The notes under the pieces are model-generated. The model made no database searches and was not told the DNA's origin. It was given only the letters and a program-made list of their open reading frames with translations. A stretch of 43,911 bases of DNA from positions 1 through 43,911 of the forward strand of contig JACDHV010000001.1 in NCBI GenBank assembly GCA_013820855.1. The letters are read 5' to 3'. Numbering within the stretch: the first letter of the stretch is position 1; every line of letters begins with the position of its first letter. This document shows positions 1-7,916 of the stretch, piece after piece. Origin of the DNA: Gemmatimonadales bacterium. GTDB lineage: Bacteria; Gemmatimonadota; Gemmatimonadetes; Gemmatimonadales; GWC2-71-9. The position numbers and the translations under genes were made by a program.

Positions 1-102
1 GACCACCGCGGCCACCCGCCCGGCCGGAGAGGCGGACTGGGCCACGATCCGACCGGCAGGGGCCAGCAGCAGCATTGCGACGAGGAGGGGAATCGGATGC
101 AT
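1..102 (-). CDS. 5' end of a CDS running off the window; N-terminal 34 aa look like a signal peptide (MHPIPLLVAMLLLAPAGRIVAQ...)
   Basis: ATG at 102 with AGGAAG 5 nt upstream. Hydrophobic N-terminus and GC-rich third codon positions. Absent from the ORF track because it is truncated. Confidence 0.4.
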   Translation of the reverse strand, partial: MHPIPLLVAMLLLAPAGRIVAQSASPAGRVAAVV

Positions 103-111
103 GCAGGCTTC

Positions 112-864
112 CTACAGCCGGAGCCGCTTGAAGACGAACTCCGGCAAGCTGGTGATCAAGGCCATGATGGGACGCCAGAACCAGGGAATGTAGGCGACGT
201 CTCGCCGCGCCTCAATCGCGCGGAAGATGGCGCGGCCGGCTCGCCGCGAGCTCGCGAAGAGCGGGTTGCTCGGCATGCCGGCGGTCATCGGTGTGTCCAC
301 GAACCCCGGCTTCAGTGTTAGGACCGATACCCCGGAGTGATGAAGCCGGTTTCGGAGACCCTGCATGAAGACATGCAGCCCGCCCTTGGACGCCCCGTAG
401 ACGTAATTGCTCTGGCGGCCGCGGTCGCCGGCCACCGACGCGATCACCGCGATGGTCCCGCGGCGCTGTGCCTCGAACCGGTTGGCGAGAAGGGTCAGCA
501 GTGCGACGGTTGCGGTGAAGTTCACTTCCAGCGCCCGAACGGCCTCCTCGGGTCTCTCCTGACACCGTGCCTGGTCGGGAAGCACCCCGTGCGCGAGCAG
601 CGCGGCGTCGAGCTCACCGGCCGCGAACGCGCGGTCCACGAGGTCGGCATGCTGGTCCCGCGCCAGCACGTCGAGGACCATGGTCTCGACCGGGGCGGCG
701 CCGCGTACGCGCAGGTCTGCGGCGACGGCGTCGAGCCGCTCCGGGCTCCGCCCGGCCAGGAAGAGGCTCGCCCCCCGCTCGGCGTAGGCCCGGCCTACCT
801 CCATGGCGATCGCCGACGTTGCTCCGACGATGAGCACTCTGCGTGCGGTTCTCTCAGCGCTCAT
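112..864 (-). CDS. dprE2: Short-chain dehydrogenase/reductase, DprE2-like (polyprenyl-phospho-2-keto-pentofuranose 2-reductase)
   Basis: 250-aa ORF with Rossmann motif VGATSAIAMEVG and catalytic YGASK. The C-terminal tail WFWRPIMALITSLPEFVFKRLRL parallels Mtb Rv3791 [21 protein letters not shown]. It overlaps the upstream dprE1-like gene by 11 nt. Confidence 0.8.
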   Translation of the reverse strand: MSAERTARRVLIVGATSAIAMEVGRAYAERGASLFLAGRSPERLDAVAADLRVRGAAPVETMVLDVLARDQHADLVDRAFAAGELDAALLAHGVLPDQARCQERPEEAVRALEVNFTATVALLTLLANRFEAQRRGTIAVIASVAGDRGRQSNYVYGASKGGLHVFMQGLRNRLHHSGVSVLTLKPGFVDTPMTAGMPSNPLFASSRRAGRAIFRAIEARRDVAYIPWFWRPIMALITSLPEFVFKRLRL

Positions 865-2176
865 GGACCCGCCGCCAGAAGGATGAAGAGAACTTGGGGT
901 CCACCTGGTTCGCGAACCTCCGCCATGCCGGAAAGAACGCTCTGAAGCTCTCGGGGCTCATGCGCGCGTCCTTCGCGGGGTAGACGGCGCCGCCCGCATC
1001 GCGGACCAGCCGATCCAGCTCGTCGAGAAGGTCGAGGGTGCGTCGCCCGCGGAACGCGAAGTCGATGGCGAGCGTCAGCCCGGGCCGGGGGAAGGAGAGC
1101 AGTCCCGGCGACGCCGCCGAGCCGAACCGCTTGAGGACGCCGAGGCCGGCGGTCTCGCCCGAGCCGCTCACCCGAGCGAGAATGGCCCGGATGGCGCCGC
1201 CGTCGGCCTCCTCCGGCACGACGCACTGGTACTGTAGGAAGCCACGTGCGCCGTAGAGCCGGTTCCACTCTCCGATGCCGTCGAGCGGGAAGAAAAACGG
1301 CTCGTAGGCCACGGTGCTCGTCGCGCGCTTCCTGACGGCTCGATGGTACTGCACCGCGTTGAACGCGGAGAGGGTGACCCGGTTGAGCAGGCCGTTCGGC
1401 GCATCGAACGGAATCCGGAGCCGGGGCCCGCGCACCGGCGAGCCCTGCGTCACGACGCGCGAAGCGTGCGAACCCCTCAGATAGATGCCGCGGCCCAGCC
1501 TTCGGCCCCGCGCGAGGCAGTCCACCCACGCGACCGTGTACTCGTGCCGCGGGTCGTCGGCGGCGATGGCCAGGAACTCGTTCAGGCCGGCGAACCGAAT
1601 CCGCTCCACGTCGATGCCGGCGCTCGCGACCCGATGCAGGCGGATCTCGGCCCAGAGGATCAGGCCCGTCAGGCCGAGCCCGCCGATCGTGGCCTCGAAC
1701 AGTTCGCGGTGCGTCTCGGGAGAGCAGACCAGCCGCTCCCCCGACGAGCGCAGCAGCTCGAACCGCGCGACGTGAGCGCCGAAAGTGCCCGCGCGGTGGT
1801 GGTTCTTCCCATGAATGTCGTTGGCGATCGCCCCGCCGACCGTCACCCACCTGGTGCCGGGCAGGACTGGAAGGAACCAGCCCCGCGGGACAACGATCTC
1901 GAGAAGCTGCGCGAGGGTCACGCCCGCCTCGCACCGGAGGAGCCCGTCGTCGCCGAACGCCATGAGCCGGTCGAGGCCGGTCGTGTCGATGAGCACGCCG
2001 TCCTGGTTGAGGCAACTGTCTCCATAGCTGCGGCCACAGCCGTACGCCAGCAGCGGCCCGGGAAGGTCGGCGAGCGCGGGCGCCTCGTCGCGCCACATGG
2101 CGCGGACCACCCGGGTCGGGCGCAGCCTCGGATAGCGGCCCCAGGAGCCTCGCGGCCGGGCCGGGATCGCCTCCAC
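854..2176 (-). CDS. dprE1: FAD-dependent oxidase, DprE1-like (polyprenyl-phospho-ribose 2'-oxidase)
   Basis: Contains GRSYGDS and [22 protein letters not shown] (Mtb DprE1 has [22 protein letters not shown]), and a C-terminal AKDAR...VDP region as in DprE1. Start set to GTG at 2176, 1 nt after the TGA of the upstream gene. The conserved SWGRYP (Mtb GWGRTAP) lies upstream of the first ATG (2098). The track ORF 854..2464 over-extends into the neighbouring gene. Confidence 0.85.
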   Translation of the reverse strand: [440 protein letters not shown]

Positions 2177-2177
2177 C

Positions 2178-3080
2178 TCAGAGCGCGGCGTAGAGCACGA
2201 CTCCCACCAGCACGCCGACGATGTAACTCGATGGGTCGCGTGCTGAAGCGACGATGGGATCTTCGTGGATCTGGCCGCGGTGTGCCAGCAGCCACATGCG
2301 GCCGGTCCAGAAGAGCAGCAGCGGGCACACGAGAAACAGCACGGCCGGTTTGCCGTAGAGGACGACCACCTCGTCGCTGTTGAGGTAGAGCGCGAGCACC
2401 AGAACCGAGAGATAGCCGCTGGTCGCGCCCATGGTGCGGAGCCACTGGAGGTCGGCCGCGACATAGCCTCGCCGCCGCGAGCCGGCCGGCGTGTCGGGGG
2501 CGAGCGTGGAGATCTCGCCGTGCCGCTTGAGGAAGGCGAGGCTCAGAAAGAGAAACGTGGAGAACGCCAGCAGCCATGTCGAGAAGCGCACTCCGGACGC
2601 CGCGATCCCGGCCAGGACGCGGAGCGTGTAGAGTCCCGCCAGGAGCAGGACGTCGAGCACCGCGATCCGCTTCAGGTAGGCGGAGTAGGCCGTCGTCAGG
2701 ACGATGTAGAGGATCAGGAGCCCCAGAAACTCGCTCGAGTCCATCGCGATGCCCACGGCCAGCGCCAACCCGATCAACATCGGCGCCAGCACGTAGCCGG
2801 CGGCGCCCGGCAGCGCGGACGACGCGAAAGGGCGGTGCCGCTTCGTCGGATGGCTGCGGTCCGCGTCCAGATCCAGCAGGTCGTTGACCACGTAGGCGCC
2901 GGAGGCGGCGAGGCAGAAGGCGACGAAGGCACCCAGACCCCGCCCGAGCGTGTCCGGCTCCAGCAGCCGGTGATCGAGCAGGATCGGCACGAAGACCAGC
3001 AGGTTCTTCACCCACTGATGCGGGCGCAGCACCTGGACGAGAGCCACCGCCGGCGAGGGTCTCCGCACGGCGTCAGCCAC
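2178..3080 (-). CDS. UbiA-family polyprenyl-phosphate 5-phosphoribosyltransferase (Rv3806c-like DPPR synthase)
   Basis: 300-aa polytopic membrane protein with RPHQWVKN and NDLLDLDADRSHPTKRHRPFA, near-identical in pattern to Rv3806c (RPRQWVKN; NDVRDVEADREHPTKRFRPIA). GTG start overlaps the upstream gene by 8 nt. Confidence 0.85.
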   Translation of the reverse strand: MADAVRRPSPAVALVQVLRPHQWVKNLLVFVPILLDHRLLEPDTLGRGLGAFVAFCLAASGAYVVNDLLDLDADRSHPTKRHRPFASSALPGAAGYVLAPMLIGLALAVGIAMDSSEFLGLLILYIVLTTAYSAYLKRIAVLDVLLLAGLYTLRVLAGIAASGVRFSTWLLAFSTFLFLSLAFLKRHGEISTLAPDTPAGSRRRGYVAADLQWLRTMGATSGYLSVLVLALYLNSDEVVVLYGKPAVLFLVCPLLLFWTGRMWLLAHRGQIHEDPIVASARDPSSYIVGVLVGVVLYAAL

Positions 3081-4431
3081 GGGGCATCGACCTCAGCCGG
3101 AACCGGCTGACCGCCTCGCTCAGCTCCGCGCGCCGGCCGAGCTCCGCCAGCAGCGCCGTGCCGGTCTCGACCCCGGAGCCCAGAGCGGTACCGGTGGAGA
3201 CGATCGAGGGGAAGGTGCGATAGTTGCCGGCGAACCAGGTGTTGCGCCAGCTCGTGCTTCGCATCGGCGGATTCCGGTAGTGGCGGCCGAAGACCGGGGA
3301 ATACATCGGCACGCGCGCGATGTTGGTCCAGAACGGATCGAGCTCGCCACCGAAGACGGCCTTGAAGTCGTCCCGGTACCGGGCCATCAGGTGCTCGTCG
3401 CTTTCCTGGAACAGCGGGCGATTCCGGTCTCGCAGATGGGTGACGAAATTAATGCAGGTGTCACCCGGACGCCCGATGGTCGGGTTGAGCTCGGTGAGCA
3501 GGAAGATGGCCCCCGCGGCTCGGTCCAGAGAGGCCAGATTCGTCCAGTACGCCCTATCGGAAATCGGTTGCCTGGTGGCGCAGACCACCGAGAGCAGGGC
3601 GGAGTAGCGGATCTCGCCCAGGACCGGCGTGTCCTCCCGGGGCACCAGGCCGCGATAGATCTCGGTGGGCACGGTGCTGATGAAGACGTCGCCGGCCACG
3701 CGCTCACCGCCCTCGAGCTCCGCCGCGACGACGCGTCCGTTTTCGGTGTGGAGCCGCTCCACCCGGGTGCGGAGGCGCACTCGCACGCCGGCCTCCTCCA
3801 GTTTCCGCGTGAGGCCGTCACAGAGCACCTTGGTCCAGTTCGCGCCGGGAATGTAGCCGAAGGGCGCCGATCCCTCCCGATAGTGCAGCCGCGCGCCGAG
3901 CCAGGCCCCACTCACCTCATCGCAAGGCAGCTCGAACTTGAGTCGGGTCAGACGCTCGAAGATGGATCGGCGCACGCCGGGCCCCGCGAATCGATCCACC
4001 AGCTCGGCCGCGCTGCGGTCTTCCCACCCCGACCAGTCTTTCCGCCCGAAGGCGATCAGCATGAGCCGGGCGAAGCGAAGCTTGTCGGGCAGGCTCATCG
4101 GATACCGGAGGAACCCGGCGGGGGTTCCGAGGTCGTACGCCTGGCCGTCGAGGTGGAACAGCATCCGCACCGGGCGCCACCGCACCGAAGGCAGTGCGCC
4201 AAGCAGGTCCAGAAAGTAGAGCAGGGTGCGGTCTCGATGAAGGATCTGGTGGTAGCCCAGAGGGTAGAAGTGCCCGTCCCTCTCGAAGCTCCCGGCCAGG
4301 CCGCCGAGCGCGGATCCACGCTCGATGACGGTGACTTCGTGCAGTCCTCCCCGCGCCAGCGTGAGGGCCGCCGCGATCCCCGAGAGGCCGCCACCCAGCA
4401 CGACGACGGAGGGCGAGCGCGTCTCGCCCAC
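3073..4431 (-). CDS. FAD/NAD(P)-binding oxidoreductase (amine-oxidase/CrtI/Glf-like superfamily), function unassigned
   Basis: 452-aa ORF with an N-terminal dinucleotide fold VVVLGGGLSGIAAALTLARGG...VIERGSALGG. GTG start at 4431 with GGAGG 9 nt upstream. First gene of the ubiA-dprE1-dprE2 operon. Confidence 0.7.
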   Translation of the reverse strand: MGETRSPSVVVLGGGLSGIAAALTLARGGLHEVTVIERGSALGGLAGSFERDGHFYPLGYHQILHRDRTLLYFLDLLGALPSVRWRPVRMLFHLDGQAYDLGTPAGFLRYPMSLPDKLRFARLMLIAFGRKDWSGWEDRSAAELVDRFAGPGVRRSIFERLTRLKFELPCDEVSGAWLGARLHYREGSAPFGYIPGANWTKVLCDGLTRKLEEAGVRVRLRTRVERLHTENGRVVAAELEGGERVAGDVFISTVPTEIYRGLVPREDTPVLGEIRYSALLSVVCATRQPISDRAYWTNLASLDRAAGAIFLLTELNPTIGRPGDTCINFVTHLRDRNRPLFQESDEHLMARYRDDFKAVFGGELDPFWTNIARVPMYSPVFGRHYRNPPMRSTSWRNTWFAGNYRTFPSIVSTGTALGSGVETGTALLAELGRRAELSEAVSRFRLRSMPRG

Positions 4432-4575
4432 TCAGTGGGTCCTCCGGGTATGGGACGCCTTCCCCTCCGCCGCTGTCGTGTGAAGGTTGTAGTATACGCA
4501 CGCGCCGCAGGCGGCGACGTCCTGCTCGTCCCTGCTCGGTGATCGCATCCCATCCTCCAGAGTCGAGCCCGTTCA

Positions 4576-6264
4576 GTGAGCAGCTCTTTCGCACCACGAC
4601 CGCTCGTGCTGCTGCTGGTGTGTGCGGCGTTGATACTTCGCGTCGTGCTGGCGCTTCGTCCCGGAATCTGGGGCGACGAGATCTTCTCGCTGGCCATGGC
4701 CACGGGTCACAGCCTGGAGCATCCGGCCGCGGAGGCGCGGAGCGCGCTGGGCGACTTCGTCCAGCCTCCTGGGGTCGAGCCCTCCTCCACGTTCAGGCGC
4801 TACGTGGAGCACCAGCATCCGCCGGCCGGGCCGGACCGGGTCATCCGCGCCGTCCGCCTGTCCGACACGAGCCCACCGCTCTACTACCTGCTGCTCAACG
4901 GCTGGACCCGCGTGCTCGGCACGGGCGACGCGGCATTGCGGTTCTTCTCTCTCCTGTGGGCGGTGCTCACGCTCCCCCTGCTCTGGCTTCTCGGGCGGGA
5001 CGTGGGCGGGCGCGCCGTCGGCGGGGTGGCCGTGGTGCTCTACGCCTGGTCGCCCCCGAGCGTGTTCTACTCCGTCGAAGGCCGGATGTACTCGCTGGTG
5101 TGGCTTCTCGCCACCGCGCTGGCCTGGCAGACGCTCCAACTGTCGCGACGCGGCGTCCGATCGTCCGCGGCGGCGGCCTGGCTCGGCATCGCCGCCGCGG
5201 GACTCTACACCCACTACTTCTTTCTCTTCGTCTGGCTCGCCTTCGGCGCATGGCTGCTGGCGTGGCCCGGCCGCATGTCACGGCCGGCGGCCGCGGCTCT
5301 CGTCGCCGGGAGCGCCCTCGCCGCCGCGCCCTGGTACCTGCAGGTGCCGGAGTCGCTCTCGCGCTGGCGGGTGACCGGCGCCTGGCTCTCGGACCCGCTC
5401 GGCTGGCCGGAGATCGCCACTCGGCCGTTCGAGCTGGCCTGGAGCCTGCTCGCGGGGGGCAGCCTCTGGGGCGGTTCGCCGGCCGTGGACGCCCTCCTCG
5501 CGCTCGCCTACCTGCTCCTGGCGCTCTGGATCATGCGCCAGGGGGGTCTGCGCGAGCTGTTCTCACCCGACCGCCTGCTGGTCTGGGCCTGGGTGGCGGC
5601 CGCGGTGCTGGGGCCGTACGTCTTCGACCTGGTCCGCCACACCGGCGCGTCCCGCATACCCCGTTACGTGCTGAGCGGCCTTCCCGCCGCGATGCTGCTG
5701 GCGTCGCTGGCGATTCAGCAATTGCGCCCCCGCCTCCGCGCGCTCTTCGTCGGCCTCGTCATCGCCGCCTGGACCGCCGGGCTGTGGCCCATCGTGCGGC
5801 AGCCCAGCCGGCCCGGCGCGGTGTACCCCGCTCTCGCGTCAGAGCTCGACCGCTGGGCGGAGCCTGGCGATGTCGTGGTGGTGCACTCGATCCCGTCGGG
5901 TGTCATCGGCCTGAGCCGCTACCTCGGACGAGACCTGCCTCTGGCGGCTTCGATCGAGCCTCTGGGCCTGCGGCAGCCCGATGATCTCGCCGCGTTGCTC
6001 GCCGGCCGCCGCCGGGTGGCTCTGGTGCAGGTCCACAACATCGGCCAGCCATCATCCGCCGAGCCCTGGTTGCGCACGCACCGGCGGCTGGCCGGCCGCC
6101 GGGTCTACGACGGGACGCGGGACGCACTGTCGCCGGATCTCGCGTCGTTGTCTCCCGCCATGCAGGCGGCTCTGGCGCAGCACCGCCTCGTGGAGATCTT
6201 CTACTTCGAGCCGATCGAGTTCGAGCCGATCGAGGGCCCGTCCGTCGTTCCGGCTCGCCGGTAG
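4576..6264 (+). CDS. GT-C fold integral-membrane glycosyltransferase (PMT_2/ArnT-like, GT39/GT83-type)
   Basis: 562-aa polytopic protein. The N-terminal TM helix is followed by a GDE acidic loop motif (GIWGDEIFSLAMATG). It also has SPPLYYLLLNGW and many TM segments, plus a soluble C-terminal domain. GTG start; no clear RBS, so the start is uncertain. Confidence 0.75.
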   Translation: MSSSFAPRPLVLLLVCAALILRVVLALRPGIWGDEIFSLAMATGHSLEHPAAEARSALGDFVQPPGVEPSSTFRRYVEHQHPPAGPDRVIRAVRLSDTSPPLYYLLLNGWTRVLGTGDAALRFFSLLWAVLTLPLLWLLGRDVGGRAVGGVAVVLYAWSPPSVFYSVEGRMYSLVWLLATALAWQTLQLSRRGVRSSAAAAWLGIAAAGLYTHYFFLFVWLAFGAWLLAWPGRMSRPAAAALVAGSALAAAPWYLQVPESLSRWRVTGAWLSDPLGWPEIATRPFELAWSLLAGGSLWGGSPAVDALLALAYLLLALWIMRQGGLRELFSPDRLLVWAWVAAAVLGPYVFDLVRHTGASRIPRYVLSGLPAAMLLASLAIQQLRPRLRALFVGLVIAAWTAGLWPIVRQPSRPGAVYPALASELDRWAEPGDVVVVHSIPSGVIGLSRYLGRDLPLAASIEPLGLRQPDDLAALLAGRRRVALVQVHNIGQPSSAEPWLRTHRRLAGRRVYDGTRDALSPDLASLSPAMQAALAQHRLVEIFYFEPIEFEPIEGPSVVPARR

Positions 6265-7916
6265 ATGCGGGGACCGCTGTCGTTCACGGCGTACACCAGC
6301 GGCCACCCGGCCGCTCGAGCCTCCGCAACCGGGGCGGCATAGCGCCGGGCCACGTCCAGAAAGCTGAGCTGATCCACGATCAGGTAGGTCACGGGTACCT
6401 CTTCCAGAAGATCCTGCGCTCGTGCCTGATCTATCTCGTAGGGCGGCATCACCGCCGGCAGACCGGTCCGAAGGTAGGCCAGATGCGGGGTAGACGTGGC
6501 CACGATGCCCTGGGCCGGTCCCCGCTTGGCCAGCCAGTCGAGCGCGTCGTCGTGCAGCTGCCAGGTTCGGTCGTAGAAGAACAGCCGGTACGACTGGACG
6601 CGCCCCGCTGCGTCGGTCATAGCGGCGGGCTGGTGGTGCTTGGTGAAGACCTTGTACACCGTGTAGACCTGCTGAACCAGCACGAAGCCCAGCGTGGCGA
6701 TCCCGGCCAGCGAGGCCGCTCGCCACCACGCTCCGCCGGAGCGGCGCGCGCGGGCGGTGAGCGCCGCGGGCACCGACACGAGGGCGAGAGCGAGGATCGG
6801 CGCCAGCGGAGTCAGATAGCGCCCGAATTGGCCGGGCCACGGCGTCGTGGCGATGAGCAGCACCGATCCCGCCACGTACAGCACCAGGAGCCACTGCCGC
6901 CGGCGAGCGAGCAGCACCAGCCCGCCGATCACCATCGCGCTCAACAGGCCGAGCACCGCCGAGATGGTCCAGTCGGGCAGAGGAACCCCGGGAAACCGCT
7001 CGCGAACCCGGACCACCTCCCCTACCAGCCACCCCCGTTGCAGCGTGGCGGCCTCTCCCAGTGTGCCCGGAATCGCCGAGAGGTTGCTCGTCAGGCGCGC
7101 GGCGAGATCCGACCTCGTCGCCGTTCCGAGCTCGGGGCGGAAGGGGTCCACGTACGACATGTTCTCGAGATACCCGACGTTGTAGAACTGGTAGCCGGCC
7201 CGCTGATAGGAATACGCCGGCTGGGAGAACGCGGGATCCGACTTCACGTGGTGCACGTAGGCCTGCCAGCCCGCCACGGCCGCCAGCGCGACGGCGCCCC
7301 GCGCTGCGGCCTGGCGGAACTCGCGGCGCAGCAGGCTCTCGGCGGCCCAGGCGCCGAGGAGTGCCACGCCCGCGGTCCTGAGACCGAAGGCGCCGACCGC
7401 GAGGGCGCCGGCCCCGAGGCCCGGCGGAGCGAGGAAGAAGAAGACGGACAGCGCGGTGTACGGCAGGTCGGCCGCGAAGTAATCGGAGAGGAAGAGGGCC
7501 TGCGCGTTGAGAATGGCCAGCAGTGCCGCGACGAAGGCGAACCCCGGGGAAAGGAGCCGCCGGGCCAGCGCGAACACGGCGAGCGCGTAGCCGATGAAGA
7601 GCAGGGCAGCCGTGAACCGGAGCCCTCGCCCCACCACGACCGGATCGGACGTTCCCAGCACGCGCTGGTGCAGGGCCGCGATCGCGGGCAGAACCGGCGG
7701 GTACTGTATCGCCTCGATCGCACCCGGCTCGTTGAGCAGCCGGTAACCCCTCCCCTCCGCGAGCGACGTGCCGAGGATGTAGTAGACGCCTGCGTCGTAA
7801 CGGAGATCCAGCGGCCCCTGGAGGCGCGGCAGCCAGAGGCCCACCGCGACGAGCAGGATGATCGCGGCATAGCGCAGGTCGGCGGCCGTCCACCGGCCCA
7901 GTGTGCCGTCGCTCAC
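6201..7916 (-). CDS. GT-C fold integral-membrane glycosyltransferase (PMT_2/GT39-like)
   Basis: Polytopic protein with the first-loop motif RYDAGVYYILGTSLAEGRGY, typical of GT39/83-like enzymes. Start set to GTG 7916, forming a GTGA overlap with the upstream GT2 stop (7913-7915). The track ORF extends to 8057. Confidence 0.7.
   Translation of the reverse strand: MSDGTLGRWTAADLRYAAIILLVAVGLWLPRLQGPLDLRYDAGVYYILGTSLAEGRGYRLLNEPGAIEAIQYPPVLPAIAALHQRVLGTSDPVVVGRGLRFTAALLFIGYALAVFALARRLLSPGFAFVAALLAILNAQALFLSDYFAADLPYTALSVFFFLAPPGLGAGALAVGAFGLRTAGVALLGAWAAESLLRREFRQAAARGAVALAAVAGWQAYVHHVKSDPAFSQPAYSYQRAGYQFYNVGYLENMSYVDPFRPELGTATRSDLAARLTSNLSAIPGTLGEAATLQRGWLVGEVVRVRERFPGVPLPDWTISAVLGLLSAMVIGGLVLLARRRQWLLVLYVAGSVLLIATTPWPGQFGRYLTPLAPILALALVSVPAALTARARRSGGAWWRAASLAGIATLGFVLVQQVYTVYKVFTKHHQPAAMTDAAGRVQSYRLFFYDRTWQLHDDALDWLAKRGPAQGIVATSTPHLAYLRTGLPAVMPPYEIDQARAQDLLEEVPVTYLIVDQLSFLDVARRYAAPVAEARAAGWPLVYAVNDSGPRIYRRAGTTDGPSIGSNSIGSK
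6205..6234. repeat. Perfect 2 x 15-nt tandem duplication TTCGAGCCGATCGAG
   Basis: Read directly from the sequence. It lies inside the 64-nt antiparallel overlap of the two convergent GT-C genes. It encodes FEPIE-FEPIE on the plus strand and SIGSN-SIGSK on the minus strand. Confidence 0.9.

Noticed and set aside
854-2464. The 536-aa track ORF suggests a much longer DprE1-like protein.
   Set aside because: The first 96 codons run through the 3' end of the UbiA gene in another frame and are Arg/Ser/Cys-rich nonsense. The conserved N-terminus begins just after GTG 2176. The same N-terminal over-extension occurs in track ORFs 6201..8057, 7913..10024, 9073..10440, 10794..11885, 11579..13225, 12556..13683, 14860..16263, 20208..22514, 36274..37389, 35386..36171 and 41245..43761. 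Each was trimmed to the start that abuts the upstream stop.
4539-5984. A 481-aa ORF in an alternative frame of the plus-strand GT-C gene.
   Set aside because: It is Arg/Ala/Gly/Pro-rich with no TM helices. The 4576..6264 frame gives a typical GT-C membrane topology and motif.
6205-6234. The 15-bp direct repeat considered as a possible CRISPR fragment or transposon end.
   Set aside because: There are only two abutting copies with no spacer, no cas or transposase genes nearby, and the repeat lies inside coding sequence of both strands. A slippage duplication is the simpler explanation.
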